Origin: Histomonas meleagridis 2922-C6/04-290x
Lineage: Eukaryota; Protista; Parabasalia
Assembly (NCBI GenBank): GCA_020184695.1
Contig: JAANOX010000033.1
Span: forward strand, 372,001 to 436,000
DNA length: 64,000 bases
Reading direction: 5' to 3'
This document shows, in pieces, positions 21,886-34,370 of this stretch (position 1 is the stretch's first letter; every line of letters starts with the position of its first letter). The notes under the pieces were generated by a model. That model ran no database searches, was not told the origin of the DNA, and saw nothing but the letters and a program-made list of their open reading frames with translations. The position numbers and the translations under genes were made by a program.

Positions 21886-22402
21886 AAAAACAATACGCTG
21901 TGAACCAAATAAACGGTCGTTTCAAATCAAAAAATCAATTTTTTTCTCATTTTCCACTGAACTAAATTTAAAGAAATATAAATAAATAGATATATATTAT
22001 ATTCAATAAAATTATCTTAACCAAATTTTGTTATCTTATTTTTTTTATGAGCAATCCTCAAAATTTCATCAGGCTTTTTTGGGCTTTAGGATTAAAACCA
22101 GAAGTTCAAATTCGAAATATATATAGAACTAATAATGGTTAATATTAATTTATATAATTTTTGTTTTTTAGTTTTCATTCTGTTTTGAAGTTACACAGAA
22201 TTTTCAATATCTAAATATCAGAGCAAAAATTGAAAAATCTGTCTTTGCAATTTTTTATAATTTATTTATTCTATAAATAGGATAATTCTAGAAACAATTT
22301 ATTTATTGGAGGCTCTGTAACGCAAAGAAGAACGAACTTCTGTGCAGAGTTTTAAGAAATTATTATCGAATTAAAGAAAAATATATTTTTATTTTTTCAT
22401 TT

Positions 22403-23584
22403 CTAAGAAAGGTTTAACACAGCAAGCATATCTTCTCTATGGTGTATTACAGCCATTGCATCACCGATATAAACGGTGAACAATGGGGGCGGGTCCTTTT
22501 CGGGGTACCCCAAAAACGCCAAAATTGTTCTTTTTTCCGCAACGTAACAAACGCCGAACGAGTGAATTCTTGGTAGCATAAACAAACCTTGTTCACTCAC
22601 GGATCCATCTGATATAGATACTGATTCGCCATCTGGCATCACATGAAACACAAACCACCAAAGACGCTGTATGTCACACGCGTACATTAGTGTCCATTTG
22701 TTATTCGCTTTTCCTCCGAAATAAAAAAGATATTTCTCAACAAGTACCATACCAGCAGATGATGATTGACTTGGCGGTGGCGCACCAATGCATTCTCTTA
22801 CTGCCATTTCGTATGTTTCCATGTTTAAACATAGAAAACCACCAAGTTTACTTCCGCCATAACTATATAAAATGTTATCAACAGGAACAAATGGAACTGC
22901 GGCACGGCCTGAGATCTGTTGAGGAACTTGACTCCATGTCATTGTTTGTAAATCTAAAACGTTGAGCTCATTTGGCCATTCGCCATTAAACCCACCCCAT
23001 ACAAAAAACTTATTATTACCAATGCAGACAATTGGTGATGACCGTGGTGATGGTGGGGTGCCTTGCGTTTGAACCATAACTACTTCCCCTGTGGTAATAT
23101 CTATTGTATGAAGATCTGAAAAATAGTTTGGATTACAATAACCGCCAAAAATTACAATGTGTGTTCCAATAAGACATGCGCGGGAGCCACTGCGTGGGCA
23201 AATTTGAGCCCCATAAAGTTTGATTTCGCGCCAATTATATGTGAGCGTGTCAAGAGCCCAGAAATCATTTAGCGGTTGTTCTGATTGAGTAATGCCATAT
23301 CCTATGTAAACTGTATGATTTGGTGGATCATAACAATAAAAATGACCTGTTCGAGGAACAGGTCCTAGATTATTTGCAGTGGTCACAGACCAAATTCCTG
23401 TATATCCTGTTTTCAAAACATTTACGCGATGGATGGTTTTACAGTTTGTATTTGGTTTAAGAATATCAGATGAATTTCTTTCATCATTCATTCTAGAAGC
23501 ACCAACTGGTATATATAGGTCTTCTGTAAAAGGGTGAACAAAATTTGATGTATCTGCATAAGGATTACTTGGTTGGAGACCCAT
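22403..23584 (-). CDS. Kelch-repeat protein with possible N-myristoylation (MG start)
   Basis: 393 aa; GG-containing kelch blades (IVIFGGY, FFVWGGF, LYSYGGS, LFYFGGK) and PxPRxGH-type motifs. Confidence 0.88.
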   Translation of the reverse strand: MGLQPSNPYADTSNFVHPFTEDLYIPVGASRMNDERNSSDILKPNTNCKTIHRVNVLKTGYTGIWSVTTANNLGPVPRTGHFYCYDPPNHTVYIGYGITQSEQPLNDFWALDTLTYNWREIKLYGAQICPRSGSRACLIGTHIVIFGGYCNPNYFSDLHTIDITTGEVVMVQTQGTPPSPRSSPIVCIGNNKFFVWGGFNGEWPNELNVLDLQTMTWSQVPQQISGRAAVPFVPVDNILYSYGGSKLGGFLCLNMETYEMAVRECIGAPPPSQSSSAGMVLVEKYLFYFGGKANNKWTLMYACDIQRLWWFVFHVMPDGESVSISDGSVSEQGLFMLPRIHSFGVCYVAEKRTILAFLGYPEKDPPPLFTVYIGDAMAVIHHREDMLAVLNLS

Positions 23585-23603
23585 TGCCTTACCTCGCGAT
23601 AAT

Positions 23604-23610
23604 AACCGCC
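23604..23610 (-). promoter_or_regulatory. M3-like (Myb-type) core promoter element GGCGGTT
   Basis: About 20 nt upstream of the Kelch ATG. The same or a near-identical motif occurs upstream of other minus-strand genes (3548-3554 TGCGGTT, 42152-42158, 49013-49019). Fits the recalled trichomonad M3 consensus. Confidence 0.5.
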
Positions 23611-24162
23611 ATAAATTTCAACATTAAACGGGTTTGTTAGAAAGAAAAGAAAAGAGAATATAAGGGAAACTAAAAACTAAATGAGGAAATAGTGATGTTT
23701 TTTATCTAAAAGGATGGTGTTTAATTCATAATTGTTATTTTTTTAATTTGAAACACTGATGAAATCATGTTTTTTCATGATGCTCTTGAGTCCGATAATT
23801 ATGTTATTGGCGCATTGAATTATCCATTTAAACTTTTTGACAGTTTTCAATTGCTCACTTTTGGAAGAACACATGTGTTCGTGACAGTGTCACTTTTTCA
23901 TCTCAGAAAATAAATTTACAACAAATCACAATTTACACATTTTCGTTTTTTTATTGATTCTACAATTAAAGATTTCCTTTGACTCCACAGTTCACTCATA
24001 CAATTTCCATCATATATTTCATATGATTTTATTATATTGTAAAATGAAAACATAATCCTTAAATTTAAAGGGGAAAATAAACATTTTAATAATAATATAA
24101 CGACCAAGTACATTTTAAATTAATTTAAAAAAATCATTAGATTTCTCAAATTTCTAATAATT

Positions 24163-26124
24163 TTAGACTAACATTGATAGAATACATGTTACAAAAACAA
24201 GAAATACTGTTGGAATAATTTTCCAACCTGAGCTATTATAAGTTTTTCCTGTGAATGTATAAAAATCCTGAATCTGTGTATCTGGTTCCCCTTTTGCCTT
24301 TATTGAGAGCATTTGAGGTACCATTAAAATTTCATCAGGTACATTAATTCCATTCTCTGGAAACTTTAGCAAAATTCTATCATGTTCAGTACTAATTTTA
24401 TATGGTAATATATCAATGTTACCAAATTTTAACTCTGTTATTTGTAATCCACTAAGTTTTTTACCTATTAATAATACATAATTTCCTCCATTTCGAGGAC
24501 CACGATCTGGAATTGCACGTTGTATATTTATCATTGGAGTTTTTGGAAGGTTTGCACAGGCCTCTGCTGCATTTGGACAAATGACATATCCTAGTCTTCC
24601 TTTTTGATATACTTTTCTACCTTTTCTAGTGCATAAATGTTCTCTTCCATCAGCTAGAATTAAACGAATTTTACCATCGGATCCACAACGTGCCTTTACA
24701 CATATCGGATTTGCTGTTAGAGTTAAATCATATATTGAGCCAATCATTGTAGAAAGAGCACACACACTACCAGGTCCATAATTTTCAAAACTACGTGTAA
24801 AATCAGGGTATTGATTGGGTGTATTTGGATTTCGACAACTAATAAATGTCGGCATAAGTACAGGAGCATAATCAAGAAGTTCTTCAGAGCCAATGTTACC
24901 TCCATCAGGATTTATCCAATAAGATTCATTAGATCCTTTTGGAGGAAATTTTGTGTTAGTACTTCTCATCATGGATTCACTTCGTATATCACAATTAGCT
25001 TTAGTAGAATAATCATAATAACAATATAATCGGTAAATAGATGAACAGAAATAATCAGAAGGAAATGAAAGTTTTGGAGGTTTTACCAATACTTCTTGAT
25101 TTGGAGGAGATGTCCCATGAAGTTTCATATTCATATATACTAATTCTTCCATATAAGTATAGTTAGGATCATACCATCCTGAATCATATAAAGAGTTAAA
25201 AAAGATTCCAGTGAAATAACCTGGACCATAAGTAACTCCTTGCATAACATCAGTAAAATATAAACGTGAATTAGGATGTGAACCAGCTGTTCCAGATCCA
25301 CCACCATCTTCAATCTCTAGTCCAAGAGTCGCTAGCTTAGGATCATTTACTTGAAAACGATCATTAACCCATTGAGTTAGACGTGGTGTATTAATAAAAC
25401 TTTGTGTTAATCCATATGAGTTAACATATGACTGAATAGTATTAGTATATCTTGTTCCAGTCTTTCGGTCTATCCATCGATTAAAATGAGAAGCTGAGAA
25501 AGCAAGAACATGAGTAAGTTCATGAACAATTGTAACAAAAAATTGATTACTTCCACTTGTTCTGTTTTCAACAGATACAGGAACTTTTGCAGGATTAATA
25601 GTTACGAGGCCTTCAATAGGACGCCCATAATCATCTGGTTTATTATTTATTAAAATTGTTGATGCAGTTGCTAATGTCGTTGATGAATGACCAAATGGAC
25701 GAGAAACAACAAAAAGATAAAGATCAATCCCTTTAACAGTAGTATTAACATTACTTAACCCATCAATTGGTCTAAGCTTAAGATCGCCATCATATTGAGT
25801 AACATTTATTATATTATGAATGAAGAGTTGGACATTTTTTATTGTTTCAATTAAAATTTCTTTCTTTTGATTTGTGAGGACATCATTCTCTTGACAAGGA
25901 TATCCATTTTTAATTTGACCTGGTGAAGTACACTTTTTATTATCTATATCCTTTTGTATTGGTGAAACATCAAAATGGACTCGAATAGGTTTCCTATCTG
26001 TTGTTTTAAATTTCATTCCTTTTGAACGATAAAGCTTATATGGATCTGCAACTCTCAGATACTTATCTTGCTCAATATCATGAGTACATCTAAAGATATG
26101 CGAAAGAATTATAAATAAAATCAT
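24163..26124 (-). CDS. GP63/leishmanolysin-like (M8) surface metallopeptidase
   Basis: HELTH zinc motif, EDGGGSGTAGSH, Cys-rich C-terminal domains, N-terminal signal-like and C-terminal hydrophobic segments; first ATG at 26124 (the ORF track starts at GTG 26130). Confidence 0.92.
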   Translation of the reverse strand: MILFIILSHIFRCTHDIEQDKYLRVADPYKLYRSKGMKFKTTDRKPIRVHFDVSPIQKDIDNKKCTSPGQIKNGYPCQENDVLTNQKKEILIETIKNVQLFIHNIINVTQYDGDLKLRPIDGLSNVNTTVKGIDLYLFVVSRPFGHSSTTLATASTILINNKPDDYGRPIEGLVTINPAKVPVSVENRTSGSNQFFVTIVHELTHVLAFSASHFNRWIDRKTGTRYTNTIQSYVNSYGLTQSFINTPRLTQWVNDRFQVNDPKLATLGLEIEDGGGSGTAGSHPNSRLYFTDVMQGVTYGPGYFTGIFFNSLYDSGWYDPNYTYMEELVYMNMKLHGTSPPNQEVLVKPPKLSFPSDYFCSSIYRLYCYYDYSTKANCDIRSESMMRSTNTKFPPKGSNESYWINPDGGNIGSEELLDYAPVLMPTFISCRNPNTPNQYPDFTRSFENYGPGSVCALSTMIGSIYDLTLTANPICVKARCGSDGKIRLILADGREHLCTRKGRKVYQKGRLGYVICPNAAEACANLPKTPMINIQRAIPDRGPRNGGNYVLLIGKKLSGLQITELKFGNIDILPYKISTEHDRILLKFPENGINVPDEILMVPQMLSIKAKGEPDTQIQDFYTFTGKTYNSSGWKIIPTVFLVFVTCILSMLV

Positions 26125-26344
26125 AAACACAAATATAATTTTTTACTGGTTTTTAAATTAATATACTTAGTATTATATTTTTTATAATAATTTAACCCAT
26201 TCAAGAAAATATTTTTAAATAATTTTGTTAAAAAACCATTTTAATATATATAAATTTCTTTTTGTTTTGTGATTACATCAAATTTTATGATAAATATATT
26301 ACACAATTTTTGCAATTTAATTAAAAAAAATGATTGAAATTCGT

Positions 26345-27553
26345 TTATTGTTGTTGTTGTGGTTGTTCTGTTTCTTCATGTTCTGCTTTCTTTGCCGTTA
26401 ATTGCTCATAGCATTTATTGCATACCATCTGTGGCTTCTTATCCGAAAACTGCAATACGATTTTATGTTTTGCGCATGCGCTGCAGATGCAATCGCCACA
26501 ATTTCTGCAATGATGTCTTCTATTGATCAATGTAAATTTGGAATCACATATCATACATTTTGGTACAAGTTCATCAGGAATCCAAACGGGAGCAAAGTCT
26601 GCGTTGCTAGCAGATTGTGGCCATTTGCATCTGAAGATAGATTGAGCTTCTGTAAATGCGGTTAATATCCTATCCTTAAGCTTAGAGTTATCAAAGTTCA
26701 CTCTGAAGCTCTTCTTCTTGGTTAAAATGTCCACTGCGTTAAGGAATGGACCTTTATCTTCAACTGATTTAATCCGATATTCTCCTAATGGAACAAACCT
26801 CACAAACTTGTTTCCTTTACCAATAAAAAGACCATCACTAAAGATTATAAGGGTTCTAACATCTTTAGTCTTTCGAGAAAATTTCGTCGCTTCGCCTTTG
26901 AAAAATAAACGTCTTCCGATTTTTGCCACGTCAAAACCGTCGATGTTCTTTTCAAGTCTTTGCATCTCTTCAACGTCAGCGACTTCGTTGAAGAGGATAC
27001 TCATTCTTGCTATTTCACTCTTAGAGAGAGACAGGGCATTGTTTAAAGCAAGAGAATCTTCACCATTTACACTTGAATATTCTAAAAGTGATTCAAGTAA
27101 GGGTGATAAAAAGGGTAAGTGTTGTATTGGCGTAAATAGAAGACATTCAACAGAATAATTTGTTTCGTTTTCTATTTCTGCAAAGAAATCATCTTTTTCT
27201 TTGTCTTTCTTTCTTTCATCTTTAAGATTCTCATAGATTTTATTGAACTTTTGTGTGTAATCAAAGTAAACTGTGAAGTATTGTTGGATATCGGAAAAGA
27301 TTTCAGAAATTGGTTTCTGTGGATCGTTTGCATCAATATGTGTTTGAATTGATTGGTTAAGAAGCTCGGTCCTTTCTATGACAGCAGGTATTCGCTTGAA
27401 TATAGACCAAAACTTGCTATTTTGATAATCAGGGAATTTATTTTGGAATGGTTTTATGAATTTTTCGTTGAGAATACCAACGACTTCTAGATAGTCATTG
27501 ATAGATTTTTGTGCGTCCTTCAAATAGGTAACAGATTTCGGAACCTCTGACAT
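26345..27553 (-). CDS. RhoGEF (DH)-PH-FYVE domain protein (FGD-like)
   Basis: LLFTPIQHLP (DH), GRRLFFKGEATKFSRK (PH), WIPD...CMIC...FTLINRRHHCRNCGDCICSAC...VCNKC (FYVE). Confidence 0.92.
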   Translation of the reverse strand: MSEVPKSVTYLKDAQKSINDYLEVVGILNEKFIKPFQNKFPDYQNSKFWSIFKRIPAVIERTELLNQSIQTHIDANDPQKPISEIFSDIQQYFTVYFDYTQKFNKIYENLKDERKKDKEKDDFFAEIENETNYSVECLLFTPIQHLPFLSPLLESLLEYSSVNGEDSLALNNALSLSKSEIARMSILFNEVADVEEMQRLEKNIDGFDVAKIGRRLFFKGEATKFSRKTKDVRTLIIFSDGLFIGKGNKFVRFVPLGEYRIKSVEDKGPFLNAVDILTKKKSFRVNFDNSKLKDRILTAFTEAQSIFRCKWPQSASNADFAPVWIPDELVPKCMICDSKFTLINRRHHCRNCGDCICSACAKHKIVLQFSDKKPQMVCNKCYEQLTAKKAEHEETEQPQQQQ

Positions 27554-28018
27554 TTAAAGATCGTAAATTTTGATCTCATTTTTGAATAAGTCTGTTTGTC
27601 AAATTAGAAGAAAACGTTAACAAAATCAGTTTGAATTCAATCTGAATGAAATATATCAGCCAAAATCGTTTTTCAGGAGGCTTTCTCAATACTACGCTTG
27701 CTATCATCGTGTTTTTGATGTTTCTAGTAGTTCTTGTTTGGATGAACAAGAGAAGCATTATTGACATTTTTAAAATCCCTAATAATTCAAGAATTTAAAG
27801 AAAAACAAGGTACGTGAATCACCTACTTATAACAGCGTATTCGATAAGTAAAATGTATTATTTATTATTTGATTACCTTTCTTGACCAATTTATAATTTC
27901 GCATAAACTCTTTTTGTTTTTGTTTAACTTACTTCGTTCACATACGAAATTTCATCTATTTAATTCACAAGTTTTACATATTTTCATTTTTGTGAAAACA
28001 ATTAAATAAATTAAACAT

Positions 28019-30510
28019 TTATTTACCACACAAAATCCTTCCAATGTAATTCCGTACTTCTCTCGGTACGTCACCCAAATATTTTGTCGGCTTAATCTTT
28101 TCTGGTATCAATCCCGCAGCCTCCAACATTAAAGCCCAAACGAAAGCCTTTGACGCCACAAACAATTCCTTTAAGCATATTCTTGCGTATTGTTTGATTT
28201 CATCCAACACGTCAGCTTCGAAACACTTTAACAATGTCATAAACACTTCGACTTCCAAATTCTCGAAAATATTATCATCTTTCAAAGCGACTTCGAACAA
28301 CTTCAATAGCGAATCCATCATTTTTGATGCATGTGTATTATGGTTTTCATTTTCCTTTAATTTCATCAAATTATTAATTAACAATTCGGAAAATGTACTT
28401 AACAATTCACGTATTCTACCACGCACAAAAGATCTCGCGGTAACTAAAGCAATACGTAATACATCGACTGCTCTTCTAACAGAAGAATTCGAACAATCGG
28501 CAGAAGTCTTTAATATTAATACTGTTGGTCCCCACATTTGATGAATCATTGGAAGTAATTTCTCTTCGCTTTCGAATTTAGGAATTGCGCTTATGATTGA
28601 ATCGAATGCTGCACATTGCATTGATATCGAAGGACATAATATAAAATGTATACATCTATCGACGATATTTTCACTTTCAGATGGAATTTTCTCGACAACA
28701 CGTGGAAACATCCTTAGTATAGGCAATGAAAATGTATCACGCGTATCTAAAAGCTCATAAATCTTAGGTAATAAATGTGATAATAAATCACTGATGTCGC
28801 CATCAACTGATATAATCGCACTAAATACTGTTAATACTTCTGGTGATACATCAACAAATTGTAATCGTGCTATTAATCGATCAGTAATGTAATCAACGTT
28901 GTTCATTAATAGTTGTGCAATATCTCCATTTGGTGATATATCTTTAAGTACTGCTTTAGCTGTTTGTTCTACTGATGGATATGGTGATGCTAAACATTCG
29001 ATGACTCGATAAAGTAATTGTTGTAACATCGATGTGCCAAATAATTTGGATGACGTTTCTAATGCCATTTCTAATGTTAATACTGAACGTGGATTTGTTT
29101 CTTTAGGTGTCCACCAATTCGGTTGTTCAATAATCGACATCATTAAGTCAGAACATTCACTATCGGATAAAACTCCAAAGATATAAAAGATTTCAGGTGC
29201 CATTGTTGGGTTTTCTGATAAAATATCAATTAATACTTCAACAAATTCATTTGTAGGTAAGTTATGGATAATCGATAAAAATGAATTCATGTGATTACTA
29301 CTATTTAAATATGGTCGACGACGTAATATAAATCCTCCATCGATTTCACAGATTTTACTGTCACTTGTTTTAATCTCTGAAACTAATAAAAGTGCTATGG
29401 TAAGTGAATTAAGTGATGTAAGAATTTGTGAATCAAAGTCATTGTTTTTCCCTTTGTTAATGGAAATAATACCAGAAATTGATTGAAGAAGTGAAAGACA
29501 CTTTTGATCGTCATTGCTACGAGCAATACGTTTGAGATCGTTAATGCACCTCTCAAATTCAGCACTGATTTGAATGGAACCGCCAAGTGAAGCAACGATA
29601 GATGACGCTTCAGCGCGAACTTGATCGTCAGGATCTGCAACAGCTGCAAATATACATCTGACACATGGTGAAAGGGAATCTTTAAGAAGTTCACTTCGTT
29701 TGAGAAGTAAAGAACCACTTAAAGATACTCTTGATTTCCGACTAAGATTATTATCAAGATTTTGAGAAAATATACGCTCAATAAGTTCACTGAGTTTAGA
29801 GGCGTCTTCTTCATTTAGTTCAGCTGTGGTCCATAGCCATTCAAGAATCTCAAGAGAAGTAATTATGATTTTATGATTATTATTTGGGGTAATTAATGTG
29901 GTTAAAGCAACAGAAACACCGGGGAGTATTGATCTAAGTTGATCAACTTGAATTTTCTGAAGTAATTTTTGGAGATATTGAACCGATTTAAAACCATGAA
30001 CAACTGTAGATTTGGTGGCATATTCAAGAGCTGTTGAAATAAGAAATGCTGCTGATTTAACTTCAATTGTTTCTGGTATTAACTTGATTAAAATTGAAAA
30101 TGAATGATTTCCTATTTCTTCAAAAAGTTCTCTTTTATGCTCGATTCCATCTTTTAATACAAAGCAAATTAATTGAGATGCTTCAATTTGACTAACAGAT
30201 AATTGAATTTTTTTTGATAAAATATCTTCGAAAATTAATAAGATGCCTTCAATTAAAGTAGGTGAAAGATTCTCGGTTCCTAGCAATGGAAGAAGAGATT
30301 TTTGAAATAAAAATGAGATGATATTAAAAGCTGATTGATCAGAAGAATTTAATGCGGTTTTAAACTCATCAAGATAAGATGATAATTCACGAATTGCTTT
30401 TTTAGAAGTCGGAGCATTCTCAACTTCTGTGATAATATCTACAATTCTACTCCAATCTGTTTTCGATTTTTCCATTCGATTTGGCAAACCGAAAATTATC
30501 TGGTCGGCCA
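28019..30510 (-). CDS. TTI1: HEAT-repeat protein, probable TTI1 (TTT complex) homolog
   Basis: About 830-aa solenoid with LRSILPGVSVAL, LLMNNVDYITDRL and LLPMIHQMWGP, motifs resembling TTI1; first ATG at 30510. Confidence 0.7.
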
Positions 30511-31121
30511 TTTTTGAGGAAATCAAATTTCAAAATTCAATATTGAAGAAGATAAAAAAAATTTCTTATTGTTGTCATTGATCTCTTAAGCCATTTAATC
30601 GAGTATGTTAAAGTTTATGATTTATTGAATTTATTTTTACAAGTGATTCCCCTCATAAAATAAACGTGCACTTTTTGAAAGCATATCGTTGTTTTTTGGG
30701 GTGTACCAATATTATGTTTTTTTGACAAAAGTTTTTTGTTTTTAATCTTCTAGTTAACATAAAGCACCATTCAAGCAACAAATAAAGCCCACTAAGGTCT
30801 TAAAACTTCATATATTTTTTCAACTTACAAATTTATCAAACTAATATTATCATTAATTCCAAGTTATTAATGAACATTTCTAATTACAAGCATCATTTTG
30901 AAATTAGTTTTTTATTTGAACAATTTCTCCACCATTTACTTACGTTTGAAATTAACATCATCTAATTTTAAACGACAGAATTTCATCTTCCTTATTAAAT
31001 CCATCTGAGCACATTGACTTTGCATCAATACATAACAGCATAATGAAGAATACTGTTGGGAAGATTCTCTGTTTTTTTAATAATTAAACAAACCTTTTCA
31101 ATTTCACCACTGTTCTTCTAA

Positions 31122-33314
31122 ATGAATGAGGATCGAGCACTTCTTTCATTTCTTTCGAAGCTACAACTTAAATGTGGGAAAGATCATGTTCGAAGTGATT
31201 TAGTGCTTAATGCGCTTGAGCAATTTAGGAATAATGAAATATCTAGAGAGCATTGCATTAAGCTGATCATGAATTTACTTCGTCCTTTTCCTAAACTAGC
31301 TGCTCAATTCGGGAGAATTGTTGAGGAAGTCCCTAAACCTCAAACGAGAGTTGGATCAATTTCATCTGATCCATATATCAACACTGTAGTTGAATTTGAA
31401 TTATGGCCGAATGCAATCAAGAATATCCTTTCGAAAGCAAGGAAAGCATTACTTGACCAATGTACTCTTGAAGATCTTTTTGTTGATATTGAAAATATTA
31501 ATAATACTACATCTGGGCCTTTTTGGTTACTTTGGGATCTCTATCATCCTATTCTTCCAAGCTGTTGGTTTATTCAAGCAATATATGATGGCACTGTTGA
31601 AAATGATGCAATTCCAGATCATCTTAAACTTGAAACAGATCCCCTTAAAAGTGATAAAGATCCTGTTTCCCTTACACACAACACTATTATTGATTCTGAC
31701 CTCGTTTGTTGCTATACAAGTGATTGTCGATTCACACCATTACCAATTGGGTTACTTCGCCATGGCTCATATGGACTTTTAGGGCGATCCAAAGTCAATG
31801 CGCAATGTTCTGGGCGTAAACTTTTAGATTATTCAGTTACAAATGATCGATGGGCAACAGCAGCATCCGGATCCGAACGATGTTTTAATCCATCACCGAA
31901 GAACCAATTTGAAGAAAAACTATTTATAATGGAAGATGAACGTATTACCACTGATGTTCGTATTTCGCGAATGAAAAGCACCAATTTACGAATTAAGAAA
32001 TTAATTGAATCCGTTCTTCATAATAACTTTTTTGATCCTGAAACATTTCCGAAAGGCGTTTTAACATCATTAGATGTTCTTACATTAAAAGAATTATATG
32101 GCAAAGACTTAAGTATGTTATATAAGAACATCATACAAAATCCAGTTGAAATGTTATCGATTATTAACAGTCGAATCGAAGAAAAGATTTCAATGTTTGA
32201 AGAAATACGTAATAATAAAGAACGCGAATATTATGAAATCAACAAAAGGAATTATCCAAAGTCACTTGAAGTACGTAATGTCGAAAAAGTAACAACATCA
32301 CAAACGACAAAAGAATTCACAAACTTTGATGAAATTAAAGAAATTTTACATTTTCCGAAACGATCGATTGAATTTACCATTGATATATTATTTAAAACAT
32401 TTAAACTCACCAACAATAAAGAGACTACGTTTATCTCGATAATAAATATGTTATTAATATTATTCGGATTAAAAGGACCTGAAAAAGCGTCAATAAAAGT
32501 TAATCCAGTTTTCCCATCGTTACATGAATCGAAATATTATACGAATCAAACGTTTATCATCTCAATTGATATTGCGATCATATTACAAATGTTTGAGAAG
32601 ATATTAACAACAATTAATGAGTTTCTCTTAAATGAACCATCACAACAACAAACGAGTTATGATACAATTAATAATACGCGCGGATTAAACTTAGCGATAG
32701 CTATAGGTCATGTTTCACAAAACGCATTACATTCGAGTATCGATGAAGAATCACTTAAAGAGATGTTACCACAATATGTAGTTAGTAATAAACATAACGC
32801 TGAATTAGAATCATTATTTGATAATCAATCGGATTCGGTTCAACAAACACTCGAAGGATTAAAACGAAATATTAATAACTTCATTAAGAACTCAATTAAT
32901 TTGTTGTTGGATGATTTTAATAATTCATTAATAGAAGCATTAGATTTATATAATAAAAACGAATATATGGCTGAAACTCTTACAATCGTTTCAGGTAATA
33001 ATTATTACACTGCGTTAATAAATGAAAGTGAAAATGAAGAATTTGTCGAAATGAAATTAATTAAAGAAACGCCAAGAATTACAAAAATTAAAAACTCGTA
33101 TACTGTGTTGTCACAACATGAAATAGGTCCAATGTTAGTGTCTAATTTGGTATTGAATGAACAACAAGATAAAATGTTAAGAACTATTTACTTGAAGAAT
33201 AAAAGATCAGTGCCAAAGAGAAATGGATTTAGAACTTTGGAGTTTAGATTGTCTAAAAATGGAATCGAATTTAGAGGCCCTGGAATAAATGTTATGAAAG
33301 CTTCAGATGTGTAA
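31122..33314 (+). CDS. SIN3: Sin3-like corepressor (PAH domain + HDAC-interaction domain)
   Basis: N-terminal PAH-like helices; GSYGLL...CSGRKLLDYSVTNDRWAT..SGSE..F...KNQFEEKLFIMEDER matches the Sin3 HID pattern. Confidence 0.75.
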   Translation: MNEDRALLSFLSKLQLKCGKDHVRSDLVLNALEQFRNNEISREHCIKLIMNLLRPFPKLAAQFGRIVEEVPKPQTRVGSISSDPYINTVVEFELWPNAIKNILSKARKALLDQCTLEDLFVDIENINNTTSGPFWLLWDLYHPILPSCWFIQAIYDGTVENDAIPDHLKLETDPLKSDKDPVSLTHNTIIDSDLVCCYTSDCRFTPLPIGLLRHGSYGLLGRSKVNAQCSGRKLLDYSVTNDRWATAASGSERCFNPSPKNQFEEKLFIMEDERITTDVRISRMKSTNLRIKKLIESVLHNNFFDPETFPKGVLTSLDVLTLKELYGKDLSMLYKNIIQNPVEMLSIINSRIEEKISMFEEIRNNKEREYYEINKRNYPKSLEVRNVEKVTTSQTTKEFTNFDEIKEILHFPKRSIEFTIDILFKTFKLTNNKETTFISIINMLLILFGLKGPEKASIKVNPVFPSLHESKYYTNQTFIISIDIAIILQMFEKILTTINEFLLNEPSQQQTSYDTINNTRGLNLAIAIGHVSQNALHSSIDEESLKEMLPQYVVSNKHNAELESLFDNQSDSVQQTLEGLKRNINNFIKNSINLLLDDFNNSLIEALDLYNKNEYMAETLTIVSGNNYYTALINESENEEFVEMKLIKETPRITKIKNSYTVLSQHEIGPMLVSNLVLNEQQDKMLRTIYLKNKRSVPKRNGFRTLEFRLSKNGIEFRGPGINVMKASDV

Positions 33315-34214
33315 AAATAAAAATATTATGGATATATAACTTCTTTTTAAAATAGAAATAATGTTGATGTTGAAGTAGTATTCTTTGTACTGTATCAGAT
33401 TTATGCTTAAATGAGTTCATCTTTCTGTATTATTATTTTAACTTCATTAATTTTAAGTACCTATATTCTTGATAATCATGGAACAAACATTTGTCTTTAA
33501 AAGCTGCTAAACGATGATAGACACATAACCAAGTTGTTATTTTAAGAAGGAGATATTAAAATTTGGGGCAAATGGACTTTTTCCCATACCAAAAATTAAA
33601 TTAATGAATAATTAAGAGATTAAAAATGGAGGCAAAATATCCTCTCTCAGAGGCAAAAGTGACGCCGCCCATTGACACTTTTCTTTACTCATAGATAAAA
33701 ATATAAATATCTTGATTAGTTCATTAGCCCCTATTAGGACGACCGAATGACATGAATATAAATATAGCACTATCATACAATTATATGAGAGACCCTAAAA
33801 TACAAATAAAATATTTCAATCATCAAATTTTATTTTTTTAAATCAAAAAAAGCCATAAATAGAATTATTAAGGACTCCCCGTATGTTACAAGCTTATATA
33901 TTTTAACTTCCCGTTTCAAATACTCATTGTGTTATTTTTGTCGGAAGCATATGGAACCATCTATGATAATCTATAATATTCTTACAACTTAACCCCTTTT
34001 TTTTATGTAATTTCAGCCAAATTTCTCAAAAATACAAAGCTTCATTTAATTGACCGTTATACGCGTAAGTCCTTCAATAAGAAAAATCATTAATGAATAA
34101 TTTCCTCTTTATTTAAAATTTCAAATTGAAATCTCTGTAATTTTACTGTTTTGATTTGACTTTTTTTGATTACGGATTTTATCGCTTCTATAAATAAATC
34201 AAATATTTTATCCT

Positions 34215-34370
34215 CTTTTTTTATTTTTGTTTCGGAAGTAATTTAACTATTTCTGTATTACCATTTTTTGAAATTATCAAAATAAAAGTCAAATACAACA
34301 AATAAATACTTTTAGCATTAATATCAATTTTTTTATGCTCAAGCAATAATTTAACTATCTCTTTATTTTC
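34215..34370 (-). pseudogene. Minus-strand ankyrin relic
   Basis: The reverse complement reads EIVKLLLEHKKIDINAKSI, a truncated spacer, then NGNTEIVKLLPKQK*. Confidence 0.7.

Noticed and set aside
27576-27767. 63-aa minus-strand ORF between the FYVE and TTI1-like genes
   Set aside because: No recognisable motif; size compatible with chance. Left uncalled.
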